63,687 bases of DNA, filler included, from Octopus bimaculoides (GCF_001194135.2; 6 parts of 6 records of this genome joined end to end with filler, not necessarily neighbours in it); one strand, 5' to 3'. Positions 26,250-39,899 are shown, counted from the first letter of the whole stretch. The notes: generated by a model not told the origin, from the letters alone. A program made the numbers and translations.

Positions 26250-27560
26250 AGTGTCTCCGCGGTACCTAGGGCGACGAAACTCACCAGATTATTCATTTAC
26301 AAAATGAAATGATGTTATGCAGGGAAACAATTATTTACATGAGTGGCAATCTTTCTCATGGCGATAATGCGCTTTTCAATATGTGTGACGTACCAATTAA
26401 AAATCTTTCATTTCCTTTTTTGATCATTTCCAGTGCTCCTAAAATCACTGGTGTTGTAACCGCTTTGAGATGCCACATTTTTCCGGTTTCAAGCTTAATA
26501 TTTTCTGAGCTTGTCAAATTATTTTGCGACATATTGTGATCACAAGAAATATTCATATCGGTCAATAAACATTTTGGTCTTTTACAACAACATCCAGTTT
26601 CTTAGTTTTGATGGTTCGATTACTGTAAACTGGAACCTCTCAAAGAATCGTTGCTTATTTCTTTTTCGGTTACAGTCTGGTATTTATACAAGTTGTTAAC
26701 AGTTTTGATTTTATAATGTCGACATTTAACTCATGAAGATATTGGCCAACTCTGCCTTGGAAGTTCCGGTTCAATAAGATATAAATTGAACAACTAGGTT
26801 GAATTCTTCGCTCTCTGCCTTTAGACCCGCGTTTTGTAGCCCCTAATGGGTGTGTGCTACGGGCCTCAAATTTTCCGTACAGAGATTCCTGCCCCTCACA
26901 AAGGCAACTTTTCTTGCACTTGTGTCTGTGCCATTAAGTTTTCCTTCTTGGAACAACAATTCCCACACTTTCCGCGAGCTAGTTATCATGCATGAAGTGA
27001 AAACCAGCTTTTTTGCTTTCCTTCAACACAGAATGAAGCTTCTAATGCCTCTCATGATTTTCAACGATATTTATCATTCTGTCGTTACTGTTTGTCAAGA
27101 TATTGGACCAGTCCAAGTGTGATGGTTCTGTAACAAACTTTAAACAAGATCAGGCCTCTGACTCCTTGGGCTCTGGGAAGGTAAAGGCGATCTTCGTGTG
27201 CCTTTGGGTAATGCAACTTATTATATGTCGGTATATACGTATTTTACGTATTATACGTATTTTTCAATTCATGTTCGTTATGTCACTGATATTTCAGCTC
27301 AACACGGAAGTTATGAGTAACAACTTGAACTACAAAGAAATTTATGGCTCACACCTTGTTGTATGGATTTCACTCGTGCTTCAGAACTACTCGAACACTC
27401 CTGTAGCATTCCTTCCTGATCTTGTCTTTCAAGCTTGCATGCTAAATGCCGAAGCCTTCATCTATTCCTAAGTATTTATAAGTTTTTTCCTGCTCAGATT
27501 CTTTTATACCTGTGCCAACATCTAACACGATTGAATTTGAGGTCTAAAGAGTTAGTGGAG
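26250..27560 (-). mobile_element. R4/Dong-clade-like non-LTR retrotransposon, 3' part (RT thumb + RLE endonuclease), pseudogenised
   Basis: Minus: IKESEQEKTYKYLGIDEG...KDKIRKECYRSVRVVLK...HYPKAHEDRLYLPRAQGVRGL; later LDVVVKD..LTDMNISCD...KMWHLKAVTTPVILGALEMIKKG. Many stops and frameshifts. Confidence 0.88.
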
Positions 27561-28279
27561 AGCATTTTGTGGAACATTTACTGAAAATAATACTAATATG
27601 TATATNNNNNNNNNNNNNNNNNNNNNNNNNNNNNNNNNNNNNNNNNNNNNNNNNNNNNNNNNNNNNNNNNNNNNNNNNNNNNNNNNNNNNNNNNNNNNNN
27701 NNNNNNNNNNNNNNNNNNNNNNNNNNNNNNNNNNNNNNNNNNNNNNNNNNNNNNNNNNNNNNNNNNNNNNNNNNNNNNNNNNNNNNNNNNNNNNNNNNNN
27801 NNNNNNNNNNNNNNNNNNNNNNNNNNNNNNNNNNNNNNNNNNNNNNNNNNNNNNNNNNNNNNNNNNNNNNNNNNNNNNNNNNNNNNNNNNNNNNNNNNNN
27901 NNNNNNNNNNNNNNNNNNNNNNNNNNNNNNNNNNNNNNNNNNNNNNNNNNNNNNNNNNNNNNNNNNNNNNNNNNNNNNNNNNNNNNNNNNNNNNNNNNNN
28001 NNNNNNNNNNNNNNNNNNNNNNNNNNNNNNNNNNNNNNNNNNNNNNNNNNNNNNNNNNNNNNNNNNNNNNNNNNNNNNNNNNNNNNNNNNNNNNNNNNNN
28101 NNNNNNNNNNNNNNNNNNNNNNNNNNNNNNNNNNNNNNNNNNNNNNNNNNNNNNNNNNNNNNNNNNNNNNNNNNNNNNNNNNNNNNNNNNNNNNNNNNNN
28201 NNNNNNNNNNNNNNNNNNNNNNGATTCAGATATATGCCGTTTTTTATGGCTTTAAATGCTTAGAGATCCACTGTTCCAA

Positions 28280-28331
<52 letters not shown>

Positions 28332-30180
28332 ACTCTGCTACTGTTAGTGCAGGTTGTCATAACAAAAACTCGTGAATAATAAAATTCAAAGAAAGAAGAA
28401 CCAACGAAGTGATGAGTACAAAAATACAAGAAAAGCACATAAAAATTTAAAGACAATCAATACTTTCTATGAGAATAATAAAAAAAACTTTACTTTGAAA
28501 ACTATTACCGTTGATAATAACGATAATCTGCGAGATTTTTGTAGATTATTCTAAGGAAATCTCTATGGAGTATAAATAACGCTGAACTTCTGAAGAAAAC
28601 ATTAACGATCTGCTCTAAAAAATGTAAAATAAAGCAAACACAGAATCCACTAGATAGAATGTACCTTGTCACCAACTCCTGGCAATTTTATTGAATATTT
28701 GGTGCTTTCACTGGTGTTTTTCTTTGATGTTCATCAATTCAAATGAATATTGACGATAGTGGAGTAAATGGTAAATAAGCAATAGTTATACAGATTATAA
28801 TATAGATTCATGTCCTTGTAGACTAACCGAAAAGAATAATAAATAAATATAACCTCGGTGAATACATTACGTAGTTGCTTATCAATATGTATCTATTCAG
28901 TGCTTTTATGCTTATATATATACATATAGATATGTTTGTATACGTACAAACAGACATATACATATATATGTACGATATAAATATATATACACATACACAC
29001 ATATAATAGATAAACATATATATATATATATATATATATANNNNNNNNNNNNNNNNNNNNNNNNNNNNNNNNNNNNNNNNNNNNNNNNNNNNNNNNNNNN
29101 NNNNNNNNNNNNNNNNNNNNNNNNNNNNNNNNNNNNNNNNNNGTAAATGGTAAATAAGCAATAGTTATACAGATTATAATATAGATTCATGTCCTTGTAG
29201 ACTAACCGAAAAGAATAATAAATAAATATAACCTCGGTGAATACATTACGTAGTTGCTTATCAATATGTATCTATTCAGTGCTTTTATGCTTATATATAT
29301 ACATATAGATATGTTTGTATACGTACAAACAGACATATACATATATATGTACGATATAAATATATACCATCATTAATAATTCATACCATAATGTTCACTT
29401 AAATAACAGGGTAACGTATAACATTGTGAAGCACACGGAGACATGTGGATATGTATACAAAATTGAATATTTTCTTTATACTTTTATACTCTCGCATAAG
29501 TAATAACAACAGCCACAAAACCTTTACCACATCAATACTAAGATAGATAAAATGATAAATGTATAAAGATATATAAAGATATAGATATATCGCTATACTA
29601 TCACGATAACCTGGTATTAATTCCGCCTAGAACCGAACTAAGTTGAAGAATTTCTGTAGACGGAAACTATGTTGAACACCGTATGATTTATTGTGCTTAA
29701 AATATCAGCCTTGAAATACACGCTGATTCCGCCTAAGAATTACTTTAAGTGTTGAAGTGTCTATAGACTGATCATATACTTGATTCATCAAGTACATTAG
29801 TACAGAAAAACTAATTGGGAAACCGGCTAAAACAAATACTGTGATATGAAACCTCACAAATCAGGACTAACCAGCCGAAGAAGGAGAATGTAGAAAAAAT
29901 AGAAATGCGCAGTTGTGCTACAGCATTACCGCAGCCTTGTGTCTGAACCATTTAAAAGAATTTCTACACACGCAGACACGGAAACACACACACACAAATA
30001 CACACGCACGCACACACATGGATACATAACAATGGTGATTAAATTTATGCGAGTATGTTTAATGTATGATGTGCAGCCTACATTGAGCGACAGAGATATA
30101 AACGTGATCAGCAAAAGATTTTGATTAGGCTTGGAGTGTCATAGAATTTTATTTTACACAGGCTGCATAATAACAAACGT

Positions 30181-30226
<46 letters not shown>

Positions 30227-30261
30227 ACAGATAGATAGAGATAGAGATAGAGATAGATAGA

Positions 30262-30299
<38 letters not shown>

Positions 30300-30751
30300 A
30301 CTTGTTTTAAATCTCTGACCGAGAGATATACAGTAACACTACTGAATAGTAAATTTAGTATGCGAACAGGATGTGACAATCCTATAAAGGACGTTGTTAC
30401 TATCGTTTTAGCCCCAGGAAATCATCTTTTCCAGCAAGCTATCGACACACGATTTGTATCCGTATAGCATTTGCAAGGTAGGTCATCGCTCCTATCTCTA
30501 GCCTTACGTATATATATACATACCTCGTTGCAGGAGAGACAGAAACTGTCTCTGGTTTGGTACAGTACACATTTGTGTGAAATGTTGAAGAGCGAAAGCG
30601 CTTGCACACAATGCGAATTCGTGTTTCCAAGTCTCCGCGTGACACTATTTTCCTCAAAACTTCTAAATAGTAAATAACTTATCAGAAAATCATTCTTTAT
30701 ATAATATCATTGTATCAACTAGCTCTTGCAAAACCTATATGTGGAGAAAGG

Positions 30752-30756
30752 CGTGT

Positions 30757-30816
<60 letters not shown>

Positions 30817-30945
30817 CTGTGTCTGTGTCTGTGTGTCTGTATGTGTGTATGTGTGTGTCTGTGTATGTGTCTGTGTGTGCGTGTGCGTGTGTGTGTGTGT
30901 GTGTGCATGTGTGTGTGTGTGTGTGCGTGTGTGTGTGTGTGTATA
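30752..30945. repeat. (TG)n compound microsatellite
   Basis: Direct reading. Confidence 0.95.
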
Positions 30946-31309
30946 CACTCATAGGCAAATACACATACACCTCACAAAAACGTGTGATAATTGCAAAAAC
31001 TATGGCATTATGATATGTCAGAGATTGTTTATATACATTCATCAATTATTATCTCACACGGAACTTTCTAGAACAACGGCTTATGAGACACATTCAACTT
31101 GAATAAAAGCTGAGAAAAGTAACGAAAATATTGTTCAGTAATCACATTTGATCTGCCGAGATCTGTCTGCTGTTCTTCTTCATTTCATCGTTTTGAATAT
31201 ATTTGTATGGTGTTTGATGTCCTTATTATATTCTACTATCGCCACTACTACTAACACCACCACAACTACTGCTGCTATTACTCATGCTATTATTATTGAT
31301 AATAATAAT

Positions 31310-31748
31310 CATCTGTGCTAAAGGTACAAAGCCTGAAACGTTGGGCAAGGGGAGAAGTCGATTACATCGACACCGGTGTTTCACTGGTACTTAATCTATT
31401 GACTTCGAAAGGATGGAAAACGAAGTCGACCTCGGCGGAATTTGAACGCAAAACGTATCGACGGGAGAAATACCGCTAAAGATTTTTTCTTCTATCGTGC
31501 CAACGCTTCTTATTTATTCGTTGTTTCTTTATTGCCCACAAGGGCTAACATAGAGGGGACAAACAAGGACAGACAAAAGGGATTAAGTCGTTTACATCGA
31601 CCCCAGTGGGTAACTGGTACTTAATTTATCGACCCCGAAAGGATGAAAGGCAAAGTCGACCTCCGCGGAATTGGAACTCAGAACGTAGCGGTAGACGAAA
31701 TACACTAAGCATTTCGCCCGGTGTGCTAACGTTTCTGGCAGCTTGCCA
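31310..31748 (-). mobile_element. SINE family A, head-to-tail dimer
   Basis: Two gtcgacct(c/cg)gcggaa(t)ttgaac units; head ctggcagcttgcc at 31735-31748. Confidence 0.9.
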
Positions 31749-33789
31749 TCGATATGTCACTGTTGGAATACATATATACATAAATATTCATACATATATG
31801 TGTATGCATGAATGAATGTATGACAGCGAATCAAAACGTTCCTGGACTAGTTTTCTAGGGCTCCAACAGACGACAGCTCATGATTGCTTTCTCAGTGAAA
31901 GCTAACAGTAATCTTCATGAGGCAGTGTGCTGAATGACATCACTGTGTTTACTTTGCAAGTTGTGAAATTTGTGGGGGTTTTTTGTGAAGACGTGTATGC
32001 TGTAGTCTGGGACTTTTTTTTTCTTCTCTTATACAATTTTGCATAGGCCTCTGAGTAGGTGTCGCCATGACAACTTTCTCTGTCATGGTCAATGCGACGA
32101 TCACACGCTACACACCTTAATTTGAAGCACATTTGTAAATATCAGAAATGAGCTAAATCGTTGAAACTTAATATGCATAGACAACAGCTTTCAAGGTAGG
32201 TTTTTTTCCGGGCGGATTCACTCTGTGTGCTTTATCTTCGTTAATATGACAACAGTTCGGATACTTATGGATCAGACTTCATATGCTTGAAAAGCACACA
32301 CGTATTATTCCTGTGAAGTAGCAGAATATTTTCTGGAATCATGTTTTCTGGAATCTGATTTCACCATGTGACACTGAAATTCTCTTATACAACTGAATAT
32401 GTCAAGCATTTCTGTCTGGGGCTCGCACCCGGATGTAAGTTCAGACCAAAACATTGGTAGAGTCCCATTACCTGAACATTCCAGTCGTTATAAAGTTTCC
32501 TGTCTGAGGTGGTTTAGACTCTAATTGTCCATGTACCCCGGATGAAAATGCCGCGGCCTATGCACCCGAAATAGGAGAATGTGGAGAGCAAATAACCGTT
32601 GAACTGAGAAACAAAAGAATATGAATTGTGTCCACTGTTTAATGGCCAGATGATCTCTGATTTATGGACATTATCACTCATGCATATTCTTTCATATATT
32701 AAACAATTGCAGACACCGTGGATGGTCGTCTTAGGTTCCTGTTTTCGACCACAATTAACAACTTACTTTTTGTCAAAAATCCCTCTTTTGTCAAAATGTT
32801 TTCAGTGAAACTTGAATTTTATAAACGTGCCGCCTCTTTTCCATACTTCTGCATAATAGTGCTGTCACACAAGTATCGATTTTATCAAACAGTACAAGCG
32901 CCAATACGTAAACTTGTCCCAGTACTGATTCTAAATCCGATGCGTGAAATTCATAATATTTGATAGCATGTCACGTCTTTTCATATCTTAAAAAAGAAAC
33001 GGACGAGATTCTTGTATTTAAAATCAAACTTTCTGAATGCAACTTACATAACATCAATCATTAATTTGATATATCGGTAGAGAAAGCATGAAATACATTG
33101 AGTGGAGAGGTCTTCCTCATACTTCCAGCATTTCCCTAAAGCGATTTGGTAAAGAACATTTTTACATCGCTTGAATACTGTGTAGGCCGCAAATTATGTG
33201 TTGTGCTTGTTGGGCCGATCTTTCCGATATTCATTCATTCATTACTTTGAAAATAATGCTAGATAAGACAATATTAAAATACGTAGCACAGGTTTCCACT
33301 TCTGTGATGAAGTGATAGAGTTATTTGCACCGATATAATACCCTTCTCCAAGGTCTTTTTTGGTACGCTGTATGCTCCAGAACCTTCCCTGCTTCTACTG
33401 CATAAGCATAGGTTTCCAGCATTTCCTGATTACGAAGGAGTACTAATCGAACCGATTCAATGGTTTATTTATGATTCCTTTTTATTAAATCCGATCTTCG
33501 CAAGTACAAAACCTCTTTTACAAACATATAGTAGATGACCTGAGTCTTTTCGCAGCAATATTCAAAGGAACTTCGCAGAATTCATTAGGCTTAGTGTCAC
33601 TTAAGTACCCATTTGTGTTTAACATTAATGTTAATTTGGGTTTTTCGCATTTATGATTTGAGTTACTGTTTAAGATTATCTTCTGAGCACAATGAACCCA
33701 ACAACTTCTTTCTATATAAAACTAAAGATAAATATATATTCCAGTGTAGGGAACACTAGTGAACTTCCTATCTCTATTATTTATACATA

Positions 33790-34570
33790 CATACGAGCAA
33801 TTAACAGCTACATGTTGGGCGCTGTTCTGGACCCCGTTGTGTCTACTATTCTGATTGGTTGGTATTGGCGCAATTTGTCTCTCCCTGTATGGCATGCCAA
33901 TACGCAACCTAACTTTTTTCTCATTTTACTCATTCTCAAATTTGATCGATATATAGCGGTTGTAATGTTAAAGGGAGCGGGGCCAATTGAGGTGAAATAA
34001 TTGGGCCGCATTGTTGTTATGATATGCGACCTGTGATTTATGTTGTGGGCGGATGATACGACTTCAAATCTTGAATGTATCTCAAAGGTGATGCCAACAT
34101 CATTTCGGGAATGCTGATGGAATATTTTCCACATCATGCAGATGATCTCACTTAACACATAGCCGGTCACTCACTTCAGTGATGAACTTCTGGATCTTGG
34201 AATCATTTGCAAAGATACTTATGTTGCTGTACTTGATGATGTCAGTAACGTCATTCGTGTAGATGATGAAAAGAAGTGGACTCAACGCAGTGTCTTGTGG
34301 AACACCACTACTCATTTTGATTGCGCTTGATTTTCCTCATTCGACTACAACGGGTTGGGTTCTGTCTCTCAGAAAACATTTGATCCATTGTAGTAGCTTT
34401 CCAGAAACACTAATGTTGTATTCTATTTTCAAGAAAATCTTATGATCAACCCTGTCAAAGGCCTTGCTAAAATCAACTTCTCCCAAAGCTCTCAAAATAT
34501 CATCAAGATGATGCAGATGCTGCGTTATAAATGTTCCACTGAGAAGGAAGCCGCTTTCAAACAAAGATGC
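33790..34570 (-). mobile_element. CR1/L2-group LINE reverse transcriptase remnant
   Basis: Minus: DFSKAFDRVDHKIFLK...GKLLQWIKCFLRDRTQ...SGVPQDTALSPLLFIIYTND...IFANDSK...GPAPFN. Confidence 0.88.
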
Positions 34571-34661
34571 AAGGCTTCATCTTTGGGATTTAGTTAACAC
34601 AGACAAATTCACATTCGGAACTAAAGAAAAGTCTTGCATATATTTATTGTTCCACTCACAG

Positions 34662-34697
34662 ATTGGACTTGTAATGTACGAGTCACCCGGTCAATTT
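34662..34697 (+). CDS. iGluR-like gene, candidate ATD micro-exon (36 nt)
   Basis: ttccactcacag|ATTGGACTT...CAATTT|gtatgt; phase 0-0; IGLVMYESPGQF resembles the IG.IF first beta strand of ANF-receptor-type ATDs. The donor coincides with a (GTAT)n start. Confidence 0.45.
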
Positions 34698-35028
34698 GTA
34701 TGTATGTATGTATGTATGTATGTATGTATGTATACATGTGTGTGTATGTATGTATGTATGTATGTATGTACGTATGTATGTAGATGCAAAATTGTCTGAA
34801 TGTGAGGAAGTATGGTGACCTAGCACATGACTAGGATTTCAGTCTTATTATATGACCCGGGTTGACTGAAGTAATGCGAATAGATTTGGTCGATGATAAC
34901 TGGGAAATGGAATCGAATCCACATCTCTTATTTTCATCGCAGTTTTTTTGTGTGCCCGATTATAGGCTATTTTCTATGGTCAATGCCCAGTGAAAGCCTA
35001 TATTTATACAATGTTCACTTAAGCAGTC

Positions 35029-35108
<80 letters not shown>

Positions 35109-36455
35109 TTAGGGACAAAATCCCAAATTACAAGTAAAAACGCAATTAAAATCAATTTATAAAAAATTAAAATTAAATTGAGCTTTATAGATAAAATATA
35201 TATAAAATATATAGTTTTAGGGAAAATAACCAAGTTTCATATATATATATATATATATACATACATACATACATACATACATATGTGTGTGTGTGTGTGT
35301 TCATATGTGGTTGTTTTTGTATAGGTGTGTGTGTTAAATATTGAAGTGCTTTGTTTGCGTGCGCTTCTAGAGCACCAGTTGTTATGTATCATGGAAATTA
35401 TTTTATATTTCATTATTGAGTAATGCTTTCTTTTCGCACCGCATTTTTCATTAAATATTAATACTGGTAATATTGCAAGTGATAAGCGATTTTTAATGCT
35501 ATAGATGTATGAAATATATACGCCGTAATTAAATATACCTGCGTGGAAAAATTTTCTTAACATTATCTATAAATTCTGTATTATAATATATAAGAATTAC
35601 TATAATATGAGTACACATATTAATGTATTTATGTATTTCTAAACATGTATTTTTAAATATAAATTTCAATAATAAACAATTAGTGATTTAAAAAAGACAC
35701 GATAGAGTTAATAAAATAAAGAAAATGTAATTTCGCTGCAGATTCATAGTCACTTTTGTCAGTTTATAATTGAAAGTAGGCTGAATGAAAAGATAAATAA
35801 AAGAATGGGATAAAACATGTGGAATTTTCCATTTACATATAAATATTTGATTGAGATTTGATTTAATCGTATTATATATTTCCGAATTTTTCTTTCCTAT
35901 TAACTTAGACAAATTTTCATGAAATTAAATCTATCTCTTTTTCCCCTACAAAATGTAAACAAAATTTGTTATAATAATGATTAAACAAATTCAATTTGCG
36001 ATTTCGTTTCATTTAAGTGCGTTTTTTTATTGTAATTTTCTCTTGTTGCTGTTTTTGTTGCTAGATGGGTGGAGATTAAACACTAGAAGGATTATATAAA
36101 TGATTGGCTGCTAAGAAAAATCGTTATAAATAAGAATAGTCTAGACTTAACAAATTTTCAATTTTCAATTAAGAGGATACTTATTTGATATAATAGTAGT
36201 TTCGTTTGATATAACTTTCCTTGTAATATTGTTCATAAAATTATTTGCTTTATCTTCAAATTTTTACATTATTACAAAATACTACATGGGCTAAGGTGTT
36301 TCACACAAATTAATTTTTGAAGTAATATGGTTCGCAAATGTTTGCATTTATTTTTTATTGAGTTTCTTACTAAGAGAATAATACGTAATTAAGAAAGAAT
36401 GTGCTCCATACACAGACTGTGATTATTCCTAAGATACGCTTCGATTTTTCCTTAG

Positions 36456-36556
36456 ATACACTTTGATTATTTCTCACATGCACTCTTAAATATGTTATTG
36501 ACCGTAGCTATGTATTCCTTCAATAATATTTTATCGGTATCACTTTCAAAACAATC
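36456..36556 (+). CDS. iGluR-like gene, ATD exon (101 nt)
   Basis: gatttttccttag| ... caatc|gtaagt; only one frame is open (IHFDYFSHALLNMLLTVAMYSFNNILSVSLSKQS); phase 0 to 2, matching the next exon. Confidence 0.55.
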
Positions 36557-36638
36557 GTAAGTTTAATTTAACCACAATAGGTTGCTTTTATTAAAAAATT
36601 AAACTTCGTGTCAGTTAACAAACTATAGTTTCATTTAG

Positions 36639-36768
36639 ATTGGACAACAATACATCTGCAATCGTTGCTAATACGTTAAGCAATCGTATGTCCAAACTTG
36701 ACCAAATGCTTACAATAGCCGGTTCTTTAGGTCAAACTATCGTATCCCCATCTACTTCAGATGTCAAG
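36639..36768 (+). CDS. iGluR-like gene, ATD exon
   Basis: tttcatttag|a TTG...; LDNNTSAIVANTLSNRMSKLDQMLTIAGSLGQTIVSPSTSDVK matches the ANF-receptor/ATD motif 'AI.GP..S......I...LG.P.ISPS'. Donor AAG|gtatca (phase 0); alternative donor at 36788 (phase 2). Confidence 0.65.
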
Positions 36769-36917
36769 GTATCAAACTTGGTCAAAATGTAGTACAACGG
36801 TTTTGCTATGGAATGGTGAAATTATTTTTCCGTTTTCTGATAAAGCAACGTTTTGGACTTACGACAGTTTTCCATAAGAACAATATATATAATTGCTTAT
36901 TAACCCCACTCAGACAG

Positions 36918-36985
36918 ATGAAATTAACTAAACACGGGATTGAAAATATGTGTGAATGTTTCATCAGTTTGTATTCGACATTATT
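36918..36985 (+). CDS. iGluR-like gene, possible ATD exon (68 nt)
   Basis: ctcagacag|ATG...ttatt|gtgagt; MKLTKHGIENMCECFISLYSTL; phase 0 to 2 bridges 36768 and 38668. Unnecessary if the previous exon ends at 36788. Confidence 0.4.
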
Positions 36986-37076
36986 GTGAGTTGAGCATAG
37001 AGAGAATAATTACTATCTGAATTAAGAAATTGCACTAAAAATACTAGAACACTACAAGTAGGCTCGCATTAATTCT

Positions 37077-37728
37077 TTTTTTACTCTGGAAACAAATCCC
37101 GAAATTTTAGGGGAAAATTTTAGGGGGAAATTTTAGGGCCAGTCGATAAGATCTACCCCAGTACGCAAATGTATCAACCCCGAAAGGATGAAAGACAAAG
37201 TCGACCACGGGCGAATTTGAACTCACAACATAAAGACAGACAAAACATCGCTAAGCAGTTTGACCGGCGTGCTAACGTTTCTTATTTCTTTATTGCCCAC
37301 AAGGGGCTAAACACACAGGGGACGAACAAGGACAGACAAACGGATTAAGTCGATTACATCGACCCCTGTGCGTAACTGATACTTAATTTATCGACCCCCA
37401 AAGGATGAAAAGTAAAGTCGATCCTCGGCGGAAATTGAATTCAGAACATAAAAACAAACGAAATACCGCTAAGCATTTTGCCCGCCGTGCTAACGTTTCT
37501 TATTTCTTTATTGCCTATAGGGGGCTAAACATAGAGGGGACAAAGAACGACAGACAAAAGGATTGCGATTACATCGACTCCAGTGCGTAACTGGTCCTTA
37601 ATTTATCGACCCAGAAAGGATGAAAAGTAAAGTAGACCTCGGCGGAATTTGAACTCAGAACGGAACGGCAGACGAAATACCCCTAAGCATTTCGTCCGGT
37701 ATGCTAACGTTTCTGCCAATCGCCGCCT
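37077..37728 (-). mobile_element. SINE family A trimer flanked by an 18-bp target-site duplication
   Basis: Three tandem units, each ending gctaacgtttc on the + strand. TAGGCTCGCATTAATTCT occurs at 37059-37076 and 37729-37746. Confidence 0.92.
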
Positions 37729-38359
37729 TAGGCTCGCATTAATTCTGTCATGCCTATGATATAGCTTTATTTTCGAAACGCATTTTTTTTGTGAAAAGTA
37801 TGTAAANNNNNNNNNNNNNNNNNNNNNNNNNNNNNNNNNNNNNNNNNNNNNNNNNNNNNNNNNNNNNNNNNNNNNNNNNNNNNNNNNNNNNNNNNNNNNN
37901 NNNNNNNNNNNNNNNNNNNNNNNNNNNNNNNNNNNNNNNNNNNNNNNNNNNNNNNNNNNNNNNNNNNNNNNNNNNNNNNNNNNNNNNNNNNNNNNNNNNN
38001 NNNNNNNNNNNNNNNNNNNNNNNNNNNNNNNNNNNNNNNNNNNNNNNNNNNNNNNNNNNNNNNNNNNNNNNNNNNNNNNNNNNNNNNNNNNNNNNNNNNN
38101 NNNNNNNNNNNNNNNNNNNNNNNNNNNNNNNNNNNNNNNNNNNNNNNNNNNNNNNNNNNNNNNNNNNNNNNNNNNNNNNNNNNNNNNNNNNNNNNNNNNN
38201 NNNNNNNNNNNNNNNNNNNNNNNNNNNNNNNNNNNNNNNNNNNNNNNNNNNNNNNNNNNNNNNNNNNNNNNNNNNNNNNNNNNNNNNNNNNNNNNNNNNN
38301 NNNNNNNNNNNNNNNNNNNNNNNNNNNNNNNNNNNNNNNNNNNNNNNNNNNNNNATATA

Positions 38360-38394
<35 letters not shown>

Positions 38395-38395
<1 letters not shown>

Positions 38396-38480
38396 TTCAT
38401 GTATGTATTGATGTGTCCGTGTTTGTTCGCCCACCATCGCTTGACAACCGATATTGGCTCGTTTACGTGACTGAAACAAG
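38395..38480 (+). mobile_element. SINE family B 3' fragment
   Basis: gtttgttcgcccaccatcgcttgacaaccgat...actgaaacaagt. Confidence 0.65.
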
Positions 38481-38667
38481 TTAAAGAAATGAAAGTAAAA
38501 GAAATATGTATAAACATATGTGTGTGTGAGTGTGTGATTGTGTGGATCAGTGTATCGTATATAAATTTGCTATGTTTATATAGTACACACAAGGAATCTG
38601 AAGGGATTTAATTGTTCTACATGAAAGTGACAGATGCTTGTGGATTTCTCATGTTACTTTCTGACAG

Positions 38668-38755
38668 TTACGATATTTTTCCTAAGCATGTTAGCTTTGC
38701 GTCGTTTCCAAGCCTTCTAACGTATTTAACCTTCCGCCATTTTGTGTTACACATG
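38668..38755 (+). CDS. iGluR-like gene, ATD exon
   Basis: ttactttctgacag|t TAC...ATG|gttagt; YDIFPKHVSFASFPSLLTYLTFRHFVLHM aligns with ATD 'SLYPD.....ALLSLIEYYQWDKFAY'; phase 2 to 0. Alternative donor at 38770. Confidence 0.55.
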
Positions 38756-39308
38756 GTTAGTTTTCGTTGTGTATTCAAGCTTCTCGAGAATAAATAGGTA
38801 CACGATTTCGTTCACGTCGGCGCTGTCGTACCGCCTACTGAGGCGTTGAAAATTTTTCGATGTCTTTGCTTTTCTTTATCAACCCTGAAGTAATTGATAT
38901 TAATTTGTGTTCAAACTGGTATGTTATAATTATGGGGTAAAGACCGAAGACGCTCTCTCTCATCGATTCGACAAATAAGGTTTTATCAAGAAACTGCTGG
39001 ACAGTGTCCAAAGTGCAAAGTTATGTAATATAGATGAGTATGAAATCTGCATCAATCTTGTGTCTTTGGAATACCACCCTTACCTTGGGGATGCTGTGTG
39101 CAGGGGCATTATTGCTTATATCCACTAGCTGCCTCTCCTACCTGTCGATACTCGACTAATGGAGAAAATGCAATAGCGTTCGTGATGGTGTCTGGGTGGA
39201 TTATACAAAACCTATTCTACTCTCTCGTCTTTCACACTTCTGTTAGACTGGTGCGAAAAGGTCTATGAACCTAGTAGTTATTAGGATACAAGATTTGTTT
39301 GCATTCAG

Positions 39309-39339
39309 ATATTAGCCATTCAGACAACTATATTCAACA
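39309..39339 (+). CDS. iGluR-like gene, candidate micro-exon (31 nt)
   Basis: tttgtttgcattcag|...ttcaaca|gtaagt, strong sites; ILAIQTTIFN, phase 0 to 1, fits both neighbours. Confidence 0.45.
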
Positions 39340-39399
39340 GTAAGTACACATATACGTACTCTTACATCTGATGAAGGGACACTTCAGAGACCAGAAGAC

Positions 39400-39840
39400 A
39401 TGGTAGTCATGCGCTGTTAGCATATATCTCATAAACAATAAGCCATGAAATGCCCTGTTTCAGAGCGTGAATCCACAGTTCACCGGCTATGTTTCTAGCG
39501 AGTATTTTCCCTCTTTGTTCAACAAAATCTTCTCCAGAATCAATCTTCTTTGTAAATTGTTCAAGATTAAAAAAATCCACAAAACTTGTTATGGGGAAAA
39601 ATAATTCCGTAACATAATAATTACAATGAAAACAATGCAAGCTAAATGAAAATTACTGTAACCGTGGATAACAACGATGAGATTTCGGTATAACCTATGC
39701 AGAAGAAACTATTGGGTGTAACAAACCAAAATAGGATAAAACTAACGGTAGCGCTATTACTTGCAATGGCTTCATTGCAAATTCATTTGAAGTTTCAACA
39801 TAGCAGCACCTGAATAACAGGAAGCCCCGCCGCAAGGAAA
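39400..39840 (-). mobile_element. possible highly degenerate Penelope-like GIY-YIG fragment
   Basis: FPCGG..C/RCCYV.TSNEF and ...GELWIHALKQG resemble the PLE Cys motif and 'E..WI..L' tail. Several frameshifts are needed. Confidence 0.3.
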
Positions 39841-39899
39841 TCTCTGCATAATTCTCGTTCTTTAACTAAAAGAAATAGCATTTTGAATAACAATATTAG

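Noticed and set aside
39368-39405. CTGATGAAGGG...CCAGAAGAC hammerhead-like sequence
   Set aside because: The GAAA core is disrupted and stem I does not pair.
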